Shown piece by piece: positions 39,984 to 49,302 of a stretch of DNA of 64,000 nt. Every line of letters starts with the position of its first letter. Position 1 is the stretch's first letter. The position numbers and the translations under genes were made by a program. This DNA comes from Candidatus Latescibacterota bacterium. GTDB lineage: Bacteria > Latescibacterota > UBA2968 > UBA8231. Under the pieces are notes generated by a model. It saw only the letters and a list, made by a program, of their open reading frames with translations, was not told the DNA's origin and searched no databases. Location: positions 3,360,001-3,424,000 of the forward strand of contig CBDFJF010000002.1 of the NCBI GenBank assembly GCA_965248265.1, read 5' to 3'.

Positions 39984-40838
39984 ATGTCAATGAATGAAGA
40001 GTTGTGGATGGCGATGGCGCGCTCGGCAGTCTACCTGCTGGAGGCCTTCGTGCTTCTCTGGATTGCCAAGGTTGCCTACACCGGTGTATACCGTAAGGCA
40101 CAGCTCAAGGTGGAGTTGTTCGACAAAGCGAATGTTGCCCTTGCCATCTCTACAGTCGGTTACATGCTGGGCATCGTCATCGCTCTGGGCGGCATACTGA
40201 GCAGCCCGTCGACGGGATGGCAAAGCGATCTCACCGGGATTGCCCTGTACGGCGTTGCCACGATCGTGCTGATGCTGATCGCGAGTTTTCTGTGTGAGAA
40301 AATACTGCTGCCCCAATTCAACAACACCAAGGAAGTGGTCGAGGATCACAACCTGGGGACGGCCTTTGTGGAGGCCGGCATGCACATCGCCAACGGTCTC
40401 ATCCTGCTGTCGATCGTGCAGGGCAGCGGTCCGTGGTGGGTCGGCCTCGTGTTCTGGGCGTTGGCACAGATCGTGTTGTTGATCGTCGGCTTGCTCTACG
40501 AGTTCACGACGGCACACAAGATCCACGAGGAACTCGAGCGTGACAACGCGGCCGTCGGCCTTGCCTTCGGTGGCGTGCTCGTCGGCATGGGCAACATAGT
40601 CAGCCTGGCCGTGGCCGGTGATTTTACGAGTTGGTCAGAGAGTTTGACCCTATTCGTCGCGGACGCCGTATTCGGCCTTGTCGTCCTCTACATGATCAAG
40701 AGGTTGACCGACGCACTGCTTGCCCCGGGAGTCAAGTTGAGCCAGGAGCAGACCGCCCAACCGCCCAACACTGGTGCGGGTCTGCTCGAAGCCTTCGGCT
40801 ACGTGGGCGGCTCGATGCTCGTGGTTTGGGTCTTCTAG
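39984..40838 (+). CDS. DUF350 (YjfL-like) membrane protein with a duplicated domain
   Basis: Repeated E...NVALAI / NAAVGL motifs and multiple TM helices. Confidence 0.85.
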   Translation: MSMNEELWMAMARSAVYLLEAFVLLWIAKVAYTGVYRKAQLKVELFDKANVALAISTVGYMLGIVIALGGILSSPSTGWQSDLTGIALYGVATIVLMLIASFLCEKILLPQFNNTKEVVEDHNLGTAFVEAGMHIANGLILLSIVQGSGPWWVGLVFWALAQIVLLIVGLLYEFTTAHKIHEELERDNAAVGLAFGGVLVGMGNIVSLAVAGDFTSWSESLTLFVADAVFGLVVLYMIKRLTDALLAPGVKLSQEQTAQPPNTGAGLLEAFGYVGGSMLVVWVF

Positions 40839-40841
40839 GTC

Positions 40842-41858
40842 GTGATCGTTTGGCTGCCACTGATTCGCGTATGGCGCCGGCTGAAAGGATACTCGCTCCT
40901 GTGGATAGCGCTGCTATCCGTGAGCTTGATTCTGATCGGTGGGCTGCTGTTCAGTCTCGTGGAGGAGGGGCGCTCGATCGGGGACGGCATCTGGTGGGCC
41001 GTGGTGACGACGACGACGGTCGGGTACGGCGATATGTACCCGGAAACCGAGTTTGGCAGAGCCGTCGGCGTCGTGCTCATGGTCCTCGGGATCGGTGTTC
41101 TGGGTGGATTCACCGCCGAATTAGCCACCACCATCATAGCGCGCCGCTCGCGCCGTGACAGGGGCCTCAAAGCCGTGAATGCCAACGATCACATCTTGAT
41201 CTGTGGTTGGAATGACACCGGCGAAGACCTGGTCAGGAATCTGCTGGCAGATCGTCGGGAGCCGTCCCTCGTCCTCCTGGCCAACATGGATCATTCCCCT
41301 CTGGACGACGAGCGTCTGATGTTCGTGCAGGGCCCGGTGACTGAGCATTGTCTGACGATGGCCGGAGCAGATCGAGCCGAGTCGGCGGTGGTTCTGGGAA
41401 GTCAGCAGATTGAGGATCTTCAGGGACGTGACGCCAAGTCGCTTATGAATTCTCTGACGATCAAGCAACACAACCCGGACATCTACGTATGTACCCAGCT
41501 GTTCGATTCTTCCAGCCTGACCAATGCCGAGCTCTCCAGAGCTGACGAGATCGTCGTCGTCGGTGCCCTCGCCGGTGGCCTGTTGAGCCGGGCTGCTCTG
41601 GACCACGGTAGCTCCCGGGCGATTTCCAGTCTGGTGCGGACTGAGGAACAGTGTGAGATCTACCGGGTGTCTGTGCCCACTTCATGGGTCGGCCGCCGCT
41701 TCGGCGCGTTGCTGGAAGAAGCCAAGACCCAGGCGAATATTCTACTGGTGGGGGTCGAATCCGCCGCTGGTGATCTGGTGCTGAATCCTCCGGGGGATAG
41801 TGTGCTGGGAGAGCGGGACATGGTTGCCGTTATCGCCAACCAGCGCCCCCACCTGTAG
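40842..41858 (+). CDS. Potassium channel (Ion_trans_2 plus RCK/TrkA domains)
   Basis: TTVGYGD selectivity filter and HILICGW. Confidence 0.93.
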   Translation: MIVWLPLIRVWRRLKGYSLLWIALLSVSLILIGGLLFSLVEEGRSIGDGIWWAVVTTTTVGYGDMYPETEFGRAVGVVLMVLGIGVLGGFTAELATTIIARRSRRDRGLKAVNANDHILICGWNDTGEDLVRNLLADRREPSLVLLANMDHSPLDDERLMFVQGPVTEHCLTMAGADRAESAVVLGSQQIEDLQGRDAKSLMNSLTIKQHNPDIYVCTQLFDSSSLTNAELSRADEIVVVGALAGGLLSRAALDHGSSRAISSLVRTEEQCEIYRVSVPTSWVGRRFGALLEEAKTQANILLVGVESAAGDLVLNPPGDSVLGERDMVAVIANQRPHL

Positions 41859-41895
41859 AACCACTCTCAATCAACAACCCAGAGCCCCGGACAGC

Positions 41896-42249
41896 TCAGC
41901 CAGTCCCGACCTCTCTGTCGATCCACTGGAGATACGGTTCGCTGCCATGCGCTACGGGGACGGCGATGATCGCCGGGACCTCGTAGGAGTGCAGCGTCAC
42001 TATTCTCGCCTCGACCTTCTCATACAGATCATCCCGTGTCTTGAGGACACACTGCCATTCGGTGGCCTTCTCTATGCGCCCCTGCCACCAGTAGACGCTG
42101 TCCATGGGACCGATTACCTGTGCGCAGGCGGCCAGGCGCTCGCGCACCAACGTGTCGGCTATGGTCGTTGCCAATTCGGCGCTGTCCGTCATCGTGGTTA
42201 TCCGAACGATCTGGATGGAGCCGTCCAAGATGGAGTCCTTTTCATTCAC
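41896..42249 (-). CDS. cutA: Divalent-cation tolerance protein CutA
   Basis: LAACAQ, SVYWWQG, LKT, HSYEVP and YLQWI motifs. Confidence 0.92.
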   Translation of the reverse strand: MNEKDSILDGSIQIVRITTMTDSAELATTIADTLVRERLAACAQVIGPMDSVYWWQGRIEKATEWQCVLKTRDDLYEKVEARIVTLHSYEVPAIIAVPVAHGSEPYLQWIDREVGTG

Positions 42250-43255
42250 CTGTGCGGCGCCGGCGAAGCAGCAACAGGGCCGGTACGGAGAGGCCGATGT
42301 ACAGAAGATTCGCGAGCGCGTGCACGGCGGTGGCGCAGGCCAGGGCGGCGGCGGCAGGCACGGCGAACAATAGCAACAGGGACTGGCTGAAGAGGAAATG
42401 GTATGGTCCCGTACCACCCGGAACCGGCGCCACTATCCCGAGCGAAGAGATCGCCATGATGACGAGGGCTTCGGACGCCCCAAGGTTGTAATCGGTGTGA
42501 AAACCGAAGGCGATAAAGCCCTCGTATATGATGAGAATGTAGCCGGCGTTGAGCAGCACCGAACTGAGGAAAATCTCGACATAGGCGGACGGGGTATGGA
42601 GTGCTTCCAGGCCGTGCGCGAACTTGCTGAGCGCATCGACGACGGCACTGGAGATGCGCGGAGTGAGAGGTTGCAGAATCCGCTGAACAACCTTCAGCGC
42701 GCGATCCCGGTAGATGGACACCAGTGTAAGTAAAGTCAGGACTGCGACGCAGGCGGCGAGAGCCACCAAAACCGCAGGTCCCATCCAGGGCCCCATCCAG
42801 GGGAATGCCAGCTCCATGCGAGTACGCAACAACAGCATCGAGATGCCGACGAACAGGATGAGCCAAACCATGTCGATGATGCGCTCGACGACGACGGTGG
42901 CGGCGGTAGACCCCATGCTTATCGTGTGGCGCCACCTGAGGCTCAACACGCGCAGCGCTTCGCCCGATCTCGGTAGAAAGAAGTTGGCGCCATAACACAG
43001 GGCCAGTGCCTGCGACGCCTCCAGGACCGTCACGGATGTCGTGAACGGGCGCATCAGCACAAGCCAGCGCCAAGCTCTGAGGACGATGGTAATCAGGGTG
43101 GTGAGGACGATGATACCGAGCCACACCGGCGAAACCTGTTGCATGGCCGCCCACAAGGTGTCTGCATCGATATCCCGGAAGGCCCAGTACAGGAACAGCG
43201 CCATCAGGCCGAAGCTGATGGCGTAGCGCAAGGCCTGTTGGATGCGTGAATTCAA
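42242..43255 (-). CDS. UPF0104 / lysylphosphatidylglycerol synthase TM (flippase-like) protein
   Basis: RAWRW, NFFLPRSGE, ERIID and PGGTG motifs. Confidence 0.88.
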   Translation of the reverse strand: MNSRIQQALRYAISFGLMALFLYWAFRDIDADTLWAAMQQVSPVWLGIIVLTTLITIVLRAWRWLVLMRPFTTSVTVLEASQALALCYGANFFLPRSGEALRVLSLRWRHTISMGSTAATVVVERIIDMVWLILFVGISMLLLRTRMELAFPWMGPWMGPAVLVALAACVAVLTLLTLVSIYRDRALKVVQRILQPLTPRISSAVVDALSKFAHGLEALHTPSAYVEIFLSSVLLNAGYILIIYEGFIAFGFHTDYNLGASEALVIMAISSLGIVAPVPGGTGPYHFLFSQSLLLLFAVPAAAALACATAVHALANLLYIGLSVPALLLLRRRRTGE

Positions 43256-43291
43256 ATGAGGCAGATGCCAGACGGGACGACTAAGGGGTAC

Positions 43292-43678
43292 TCAGGCGTA
43301 GACCTCATCCGGGTCGAAGACGCGTTCCTCGGCTTCCGACCATGTCTGGGTGCTCTCGTCCCAGGTGCGGTAGTAGCAGGAGTAATATCCGGCGTGACAG
43401 GCGGCGACTTTTTGCTCCACGCGGATCTCGAGGGAGTTGCCATCGCAATTGGCGCGAACTTCGGTAACCTTTTGGATGTGCCCGGAAGTCACACCCTTTT
43501 GCATGACCTCGCCCTTGGAGCGCCGGTAGACGTAGACGACGCCTTCAGCGACCGTGCGCTCCAGGGCTTCGCGATTGAGATAGCAGAGCACCAGTATCCG
43601 GGTGCTGTGAGCATCTGTGACCACAGCCGGGATCAAGCCATCGGCGTTAAATTGAACTCGATCAGCGATCGACATCAC
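43292..43678 (-). CDS. hisI: Phosphoribosyl-AMP cyclohydrolase
   Basis: GLIPAV, KGVTSGHIQ, NCDGNS and ACHAGYYSCY motifs. Confidence 0.93.
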   Translation of the reverse strand: MMSIADRVQFNADGLIPAVVTDAHSTRILVLCYLNREALERTVAEGVVYVYRRSKGEVMQKGVTSGHIQKVTEVRANCDGNSLEIRVEQKVAACHAGYYSCYYRTWDESTQTWSEAEERVFDPDEVYA

Positions 43679-44290
43679 TCACCCTATTTTTTTTCGCTGT
43701 TCCAACATTTCGATGATGGTGGCCGCCGCTTCCTCGGGTGTGCAAGATCCCGTTTGGATCTCGAGTTCGGGATTGAGCGGCTCCTCGTATGGATCCGAGA
43801 TGCCGGTAAAATTGGGGATCTCTCCGGCACGTGCTTTCTTGTACAGCCCCTTCGGATCGCGCTCTTCGCACATCTCCAAAGGAGTATTGATGAAAACCTC
43901 CAGAAATTCGCCTTCGCTCAGCAAGGCACGGACCTCGTCGCGGTCACCTCGATAGGGACTGACGAAGCTCGATAGCGTGATCACGCCGCTGTCGGCGAAC
44001 AACCTACCAACTTCCCCGATGCGCCGGATGTTCTCGGCGCGATCCTCTTCGGAAAAGCCCAGATTCTTGTTGAGGCCATGACGGATGTTGTCGCCATCCA
44101 GGACATAGGCAAGATGCCCGCGTTCGACCAGAGCGTGCTCGACGGTGAAGGCGATCGTGCTCTTGCCCGAACTCGGCAATCCGGTCAGCCAGACCAGCAC
44201 GCCTTTCTGGTTGAGCAGGGCTTCGCGCTGGTCGCGCTGAACGTGACCTTCATGCCATACAATGTTGGTGGCCTTAACTTGCGTTGACAA
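43679..44290 (-). CDS. cysC: Adenylyl-sulfate kinase
   Basis: GLPSSGKST, LDGDNIRHGL, RDPKGLY and FTGISDPYE motifs. Confidence 0.96.
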   Translation of the reverse strand: MSTQVKATNIVWHEGHVQRDQREALLNQKGVLVWLTGLPSSGKSTIAFTVEHALVERGHLAYVLDGDNIRHGLNKNLGFSEEDRAENIRRIGEVGRLFADSGVITLSSFVSPYRGDRDEVRALLSEGEFLEVFINTPLEMCEERDPKGLYKKARAGEIPNFTGISDPYEEPLNPELEIQTGSCTPEEAAATIIEMLEQRKKIG

Positions 44291-44429
44291 CAGGGATCTC
44301 CTCTCGATGACACGGTCCCATGCTGCTGCATCGTCATCGGTTTCCGCAGTTGCGTTTTTGTTCGGAGGTGGCTGATGACGGCATGGACCGGAGTGTGACA
44401 AACCGGGCGGTGGTCCTGAATCGTATTAG

Positions 44430-44442
44430 AATCAATAAGTTA
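44430..44442. promoter_or_regulatory. IHF-consensus site overlapping the putative cysC promoter
   Basis: AATCAATAAGTTA matches WATCAANNNNTTR; minus strand reads TTGACA...TAACTT. Confidence 0.45.
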
Positions 44443-44477
44443 CGCAGGGCACGTGAACTGTCAAGGAACAGGGCAGG

Positions 44478-45218
44478 TCACGTCTCCAACTGGTCGTCGA
44501 GGTTGGCGACCACGGTGCCCGGATTTTCCCCGCTGCAGATTTTTATGATGGCGGACGGCTCGGCAAAGTCGAACAAATGGATGGGGATGTCGTGATCCCG
44601 AGCCAGAATAACAGACGGATGATCAACCACAGTCAGTTTTTGGCTGATGATGGTGTCGTAGTTCATGGTTTTGTACAACCTCGCATCCGCATCCGTGTTC
44701 GGATCGGCGGTGAAGATACCCCGCGTGGCGTTCTTGGCGGAGAGGATGGCCTCAGAGCGTGTTTCGATGGCGCGTTGCGAGGCCGCGTAATCCGTCGTCA
44801 CATAGGGGTTACCCGTGCCGCCTGCGAATATGACGATGTGACGCTTCTCCAGATGGTGTATTGCTCGCAAGCGTATGAAGGGTTCTGCGACCCGGTCGAC
44901 CGGGATCGCGCTCATCACCCGAACCTCGACCGGCGTCGTCGCCTTGGCCGCGAGGACCCCACGCAACATGAGGCTGTTCACGATGGTTCCCAACATCCCG
45001 ATGTTGTCGGCCTCGGCTCGTTCGATACCCCACTGTGCGCCCAGATTGCCGCGAAAAATGTTACCCGCACCGATCACGATGGAGACCTCGACGCCCTCGG
45101 CGTGCAGTTTTAACACTTCTTCAGCGATGTGCTCGAGAGCACTCGGATCGAAGCCGAAATCCTGGTCTCCGGAGACCGCCTGGCCGCTTAGTTTTAGCAG
45201 GACTCGTTTATAGCGCAT
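44478..45218 (-). CDS. pyrH: UMP kinase (probably a second paralog)
   Basis: YKRVLLKLSG, GNIFRG, GMLGT, GTGNPYVTTD and ADP motifs. Confidence 0.88.
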   Translation of the reverse strand: MRYKRVLLKLSGQAVSGDQDFGFDPSALEHIAEEVLKLHAEGVEVSIVIGAGNIFRGNLGAQWGIERAEADNIGMLGTIVNSLMLRGVLAAKATTPVEVRVMSAIPVDRVAEPFIRLRAIHHLEKRHIVIFAGGTGNPYVTTDYAASQRAIETRSEAILSAKNATRGIFTADPNTDADARLYKTMNYDTIISQKLTVVDHPSVILARDHDIPIHLFDFAEPSAIIKICSGENPGTVVANLDDQLET

Positions 45219-45232
45219 ACAGTTCGGCACTC

Positions 45233-46672
45233 CTACAGAAGCCGGCTCTTCTCGACTTCACGAGCTTCCGGGTGCCGACGCACTATTTCATCGACGCGCT
45301 GCACGAAGGCATCCACCTGCTGACGCGCGAGGCCGGTGAATGCCCGTGAGTCGGCGAGGATAACACCGATCTCTTCCTCCGTGAATGGTACTCTCTCGTC
45401 GCCTCCAAGACGCCTGGCGAGATCGTTGTCGATTCGGCCCTGCTCGCGCATCTCGAGAGCAACGGCGACGGTGTGCTCCTTGATGGCCTCGTGAATGTTT
45501 TCCCGGCCAGCTCCGCGTTGTACCGCCTCCATCATCAATGTGGTAGTGGCGAGAAAGGGCAGATAACGTTGCACTTCGTTGTCGATGACGGATTCATAAA
45601 CGCCCATGTCGTCGATGATATGCCATGCCGTCTCAATCAAGCCATCGAAGGCCATGAAGCTGTCAGGCAAGGCGACGCGCCGCACGACGGAACAGGACAC
45701 ATCCCCCTCGAACCACTGGTCCCCGGCCAGTCCCTGCAGCATGTGCAGGTACCCACCAAGGACGACCTGCAAACCATTGATGCGTTCGCAGCTGCGGGTA
45801 TTCATCTTGTGCGGCATGGCCGATGATCCGACCTGACCTGGGGCGAAGCCCTCGGTGACCAGCTCGTCGCCGGCCATGAGGCGGAGGGTACGTGCCAGGT
45901 TGGCGACGCCACTGCCGAGTTGGAACATACAGCTGACGACCTCGAAATCCAGACTACGTGGATAAATCTGACCTACGGTGCCCAACTGGTGTTCGAAACC
46001 CAGATGGCGCTGGACGCTATTCTGTAACGCTTCAAGGCGGGTCTCATCGCCCCCGCAAAGAGTCAGCTGATCTACCGCCGTGCCGACGGCGCCCTTGAGT
46101 CCGCGCAACGGATAGCTGGATATCAGCGCTTCCAGCCGGCGTAGGGCAACCAGCATTTCCTCGCCGAACATGGCCAGGCGTCTGCCCATCGTCGTCGGCT
46201 GAGCCGCCACGTTGTGGGTGCGTGCGACGACGACGAGATCTCGCCACTGTTGGGACCGTTGGCTGAGGCGCCACAGTACGGTGACGTACTTCGGCAACAG
46301 GAGTCTCAATGAGCGCAGTATCTGAAACTGTTCGACATTGTCCGTCAGATCGCGACTCGTCATGCCCTTGTGGATTTCCTCGTGGCCAGCGAGGGCACAG
46401 AACTCTTCGATGCGGGCTTTGACGTCGTGCCGGGTGAGGGTCTCACGCTGGTTGATGGAATCCAGGTCAACGTGTTCGATGACCTGTTCGTACGCCGTGA
46501 TCACCTCGGAGGAAACATCCAATCCCAACTCGCGCTGTGCCTTCAGTACTGCAACCCACAGCTCTCGCTCCAGCACGATCCGGCCGCGTTCAGACCACAG
46601 TGCCTTCAACTGCGGGCTTGCATAGCGCTGCGCCAGCACGTTGGGGATGGTTTCAGCCTTGTTTTCAGCCAT
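45233..46672 (-). CDS. purB: Adenylosuccinate lyase
   Basis: RHDV, HKGMTSRD and GSSAMPHKMN signature. Confidence 0.96.
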   Translation of the reverse strand: MAENKAETIPNVLAQRYASPQLKALWSERGRIVLERELWVAVLKAQRELGLDVSSEVITAYEQVIEHVDLDSINQRETLTRHDVKARIEEFCALAGHEEIHKGMTSRDLTDNVEQFQILRSLRLLLPKYVTVLWRLSQRSQQWRDLVVVARTHNVAAQPTTMGRRLAMFGEEMLVALRRLEALISSYPLRGLKGAVGTAVDQLTLCGGDETRLEALQNSVQRHLGFEHQLGTVGQIYPRSLDFEVVSCMFQLGSGVANLARTLRLMAGDELVTEGFAPGQVGSSAMPHKMNTRSCERINGLQVVLGGYLHMLQGLAGDQWFEGDVSCSVVRRVALPDSFMAFDGLIETAWHIIDDMGVYESVIDNEVQRYLPFLATTTLMMEAVQRGAGRENIHEAIKEHTVAVALEMREQGRIDNDLARRLGGDERVPFTEEEIGVILADSRAFTGLARQQVDAFVQRVDEIVRRHPEAREVEKSRLL

Positions 46673-46865
46673 GATCAGGCAGGACCCTCGTGGACTGGGA
46701 CAGTTGTATCAAGGGGTATCGTCGGGCGACAGCTAATGAGAGGGGTAAACGGGGGGAGGAAGATCGAGTAGCGTGCTACTGCCAAGCGCGGAACCCTCTT
46801 GTCTTGGACGTGTGGGTGTGTCTGATACCTAAATCATAGGGATTGGCCTGAATAGCCGCCAGCGA

Positions 46866-48272
46866 TCAGATGTGCCCGATCCAACGCCAGTAGAGGACGT
46901 TGAGGGGAAAAAGGAAGATCAGTGAGAGCGTTGAAATGATCATCATGACCGCGCACAACTGGCGCATGGTGAATCGCTTGTAGGAGAGTGCGACCATGAA
47001 GGGGGCCGCCTGGTATGGCAAGAAAACGAGCGCCGTCGCCATGCCTACGCTGAGTGCCGCCGGCAACTGCGCCACTCCATGGACTTGCGCGAAATCCAGC
47101 ATCACCGGTGTGATCACCCCTGCCACAGCGCCGATATCCATCAGGAAATCGAGAGGTACGACCAGCCAGGTAATGGCCATGTGCTTGAACAACCAGCCGT
47201 GCTGACTGAACTCGACGGTGTTGCCCTCGACCCAGCTCATGAACCAATCGCTGAAGCCTGCTTCCTGCAAGGCCTCTCCCATGGAGAACAGGGCTGCCAA
47301 ATAGAAGAAGAAGGGGAAGTTCACCTCGCGGAGGTGCTCGATCTGCAGGACTCCCCAGCGCGGGACCATGGCCAACAGCACCAGGACGAGTCCGATGTAG
47401 GCTGGGGCGAGTCCGTGGAAGACATCCGTCGCCCACAGCGCAACACCAGCGAGCAGGAGTACCAGAGTACGGCGTTGGCTAGAACTCAACTGGGTATCAG
47501 CCGGCGTCGATGTGGCCTCCTGCTTCTCCACTGAACTCAATCGCATTCGCCGCCCGAATAGAAACCAGATCACGCCGAAGCAGACGATCGTTCGCACCAG
47601 GCCGATAACCGGAAACATCCACTGCAGCCATTCGCCCCAGTAGACGATGCGGCCAGCAGCCTCCAGCTGGCCGGCAACGACCATGTTGGGTACCGAGCCT
47701 GTAAGTACTCCGCATCCTCCGTAATAGGTACTGCACAGCAGAGACAGCGTGATCGCGACGTCGTTCAAGCGTGAGTCTGTATCTGTATTCGATAAGGGGG
47801 ACACCCGGTCGGCGATGGCGAGGCCGATCGGCATCAGGAAGAGCACCCGCACCACGCCGGAAGGTACCAGGAAAGCGAACGTCAGACCGACCATATGCAG
47901 GGCGACGATGATCCGCAGGGGGTCGGGGCCCGTGTGCCGCAGAATGCGAGCGGCCATGCGCTCACCAAGACCCGATCGGGTCAACGCCACGCTCAAGCTC
48001 ATACCCGCGAACACGAGCCAGATGGTCTGTCGTGCGAACGGCTTGAAACTCTCCTGGAAGGTCAGCAGGTCGAGTGCGGGAAACAGAAGGAGGATCGCCA
48101 GCGAACTGTACTCGATCGCTACCGGCTGTGTCGTCCACACGACCGCGGCGAACACGGCCAGGCAGACGGCGCGCTGGGCCAGCGGGTCGAGCCCCGCTAC
48201 AGGAGAAAGGACCCCGGCGAGCAAGAGGCTGCCGGTGATCAGAGTGGGAAACCAGCGGCTCTGGATACTCAC
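46866..48272 (-). CDS. SLC13/DASS anion permease
   Basis: Highly hydrophobic, with VPSGVVR, TGSVPN and LPYQ motifs. Confidence 0.88.
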   Translation of the reverse strand: MSIQSRWFPTLITGSLLLAGVLSPVAGLDPLAQRAVCLAVFAAVVWTTQPVAIEYSSLAILLLFPALDLLTFQESFKPFARQTIWLVFAGMSLSVALTRSGLGERMAARILRHTGPDPLRIIVALHMVGLTFAFLVPSGVVRVLFLMPIGLAIADRVSPLSNTDTDSRLNDVAITLSLLCSTYYGGCGVLTGSVPNMVVAGQLEAAGRIVYWGEWLQWMFPVIGLVRTIVCFGVIWFLFGRRMRLSSVEKQEATSTPADTQLSSSQRRTLVLLLAGVALWATDVFHGLAPAYIGLVLVLLAMVPRWGVLQIEHLREVNFPFFFYLAALFSMGEALQEAGFSDWFMSWVEGNTVEFSQHGWLFKHMAITWLVVPLDFLMDIGAVAGVITPVMLDFAQVHGVAQLPAALSVGMATALVFLPYQAAPFMVALSYKRFTMRQLCAVMMIISTLSLIFLFPLNVLYWRWIGHI

Positions 48273-49300
48273 TGGGCCAGTCGGTCTGCCAGGTGGCCGA
48301 CGGCGATCGCGAAGTGATTAGAGCGATTCCAACGCAGCAGCGAATGAAAGTTGTCGTAGACGACGAAAGCCCGTCCGCCGCTACCGTCGGGCTGCAGTAG
48401 CATCGACCACAGGTTTCTCGTCGGCAGGTTGCGTCCGTCCGCTCGACGGACTCCCAGTGCCTGCCAGCGATTGAGTCGGAGACGGACTTCGTCTCCGAGC
48501 AGCCGGCGATCGAAATCAATCGGCAGGCTCACCTCGCGTCCCCAGGTTTGATCGTCATGCCAGTCGAAGAGAGAAGTGAGTTTGGCGATCGATGCCAGCA
48601 CATCGGCCGGGTTACTCCAAATATCCCGCACCCCATCGTTGTCCTGATCAACGGCGTGGCGGAGGAAGTTGGACGGCATGAACTGGCATTGGCCCATGGC
48701 CCCTGCCCACGAGCCGTACATGCGTTCCGCACTGGCTTCACCACGATCCACCAACTTCAATGCGGCAATCAGTTCACGTCGAAAGTAGTCGCGCCGCCTG
48801 CCCGCGTGTGCCAGCGTTGTCAGGCTGCCGATGGTCGGGAAACCACCAGTGTTGGCTCCGAAATCGCTTTCGAGTCCCCACAAGGCCACGATGAATCGCG
48901 GCTGTATGCCGTGAACCTGTGCGATGTCAGCCAACAACTCAGCATGCCGGGCAAGCAGCCGTTTCCCCTTTTGCACTCGGGCGGGGGAGACGACGTTGGC
49001 CAGATAGGTCTCAACGGACATCGTCCGCTCAGGTTGGTGACTCTGTAGTTTGAGTACTTTCGGCATCAACTGCACGCCGTCCAGAGCCTGTGAGAGCGCT
49101 TCCTCGGAGACCCCCTCGGCAGCAGCATCTCGTTTCAGCTCTGCCAGCCAACGCATGAATGATGCATCCGGGTCGGCTTCTTTGGCGACCACGTCGAAAG
49201 GAGTGGTGATGTAGATGATGAGTGCGACAAAGAAAACCGCCCTGGACAACCTTCCATGACCAACGCTGCGTCGAATCCTCCCGGCTTGGTAGCTCCCCAC
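48269..49300 (-). CDS. Lytic murein transglycosylase (MltB/SLT_2 family)
   Basis: ALWGLESDFG, GSWAGAMGQCQFMPS and RWNRS motifs; start uncertain. Confidence 0.92.
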   Translation of the reverse strand: MGSYQAGRIRRSVGHGRLSRAVFFVALIIYITTPFDVVAKEADPDASFMRWLAELKRDAAAEGVSEEALSQALDGVQLMPKVLKLQSHQPERTMSVETYLANVVSPARVQKGKRLLARHAELLADIAQVHGIQPRFIVALWGLESDFGANTGGFPTIGSLTTLAHAGRRRDYFRRELIAALKLVDRGEASAERMYGSWAGAMGQCQFMPSNFLRHAVDQDNDGVRDIWSNPADVLASIAKLTSLFDWHDDQTWGREVSLPIDFDRRLLGDEVRLRLNRWQALGVRRADGRNLPTRNLWSMLLQPDGSGGRAFVVYDNFHSLLRWNRSNHFAIAVGHLADRLAQ

Positions 49301-49302
49301 GC

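Noticed and set aside
42246-43154. 302-aa alternate-frame ORF, and similar long shadow ORFs such as 7275-7931, 27346-28020 and 38608-39369
   Set aside because: These are alternate-frame or antisense ORFs expected in GC-rich DNA over well-supported genes.
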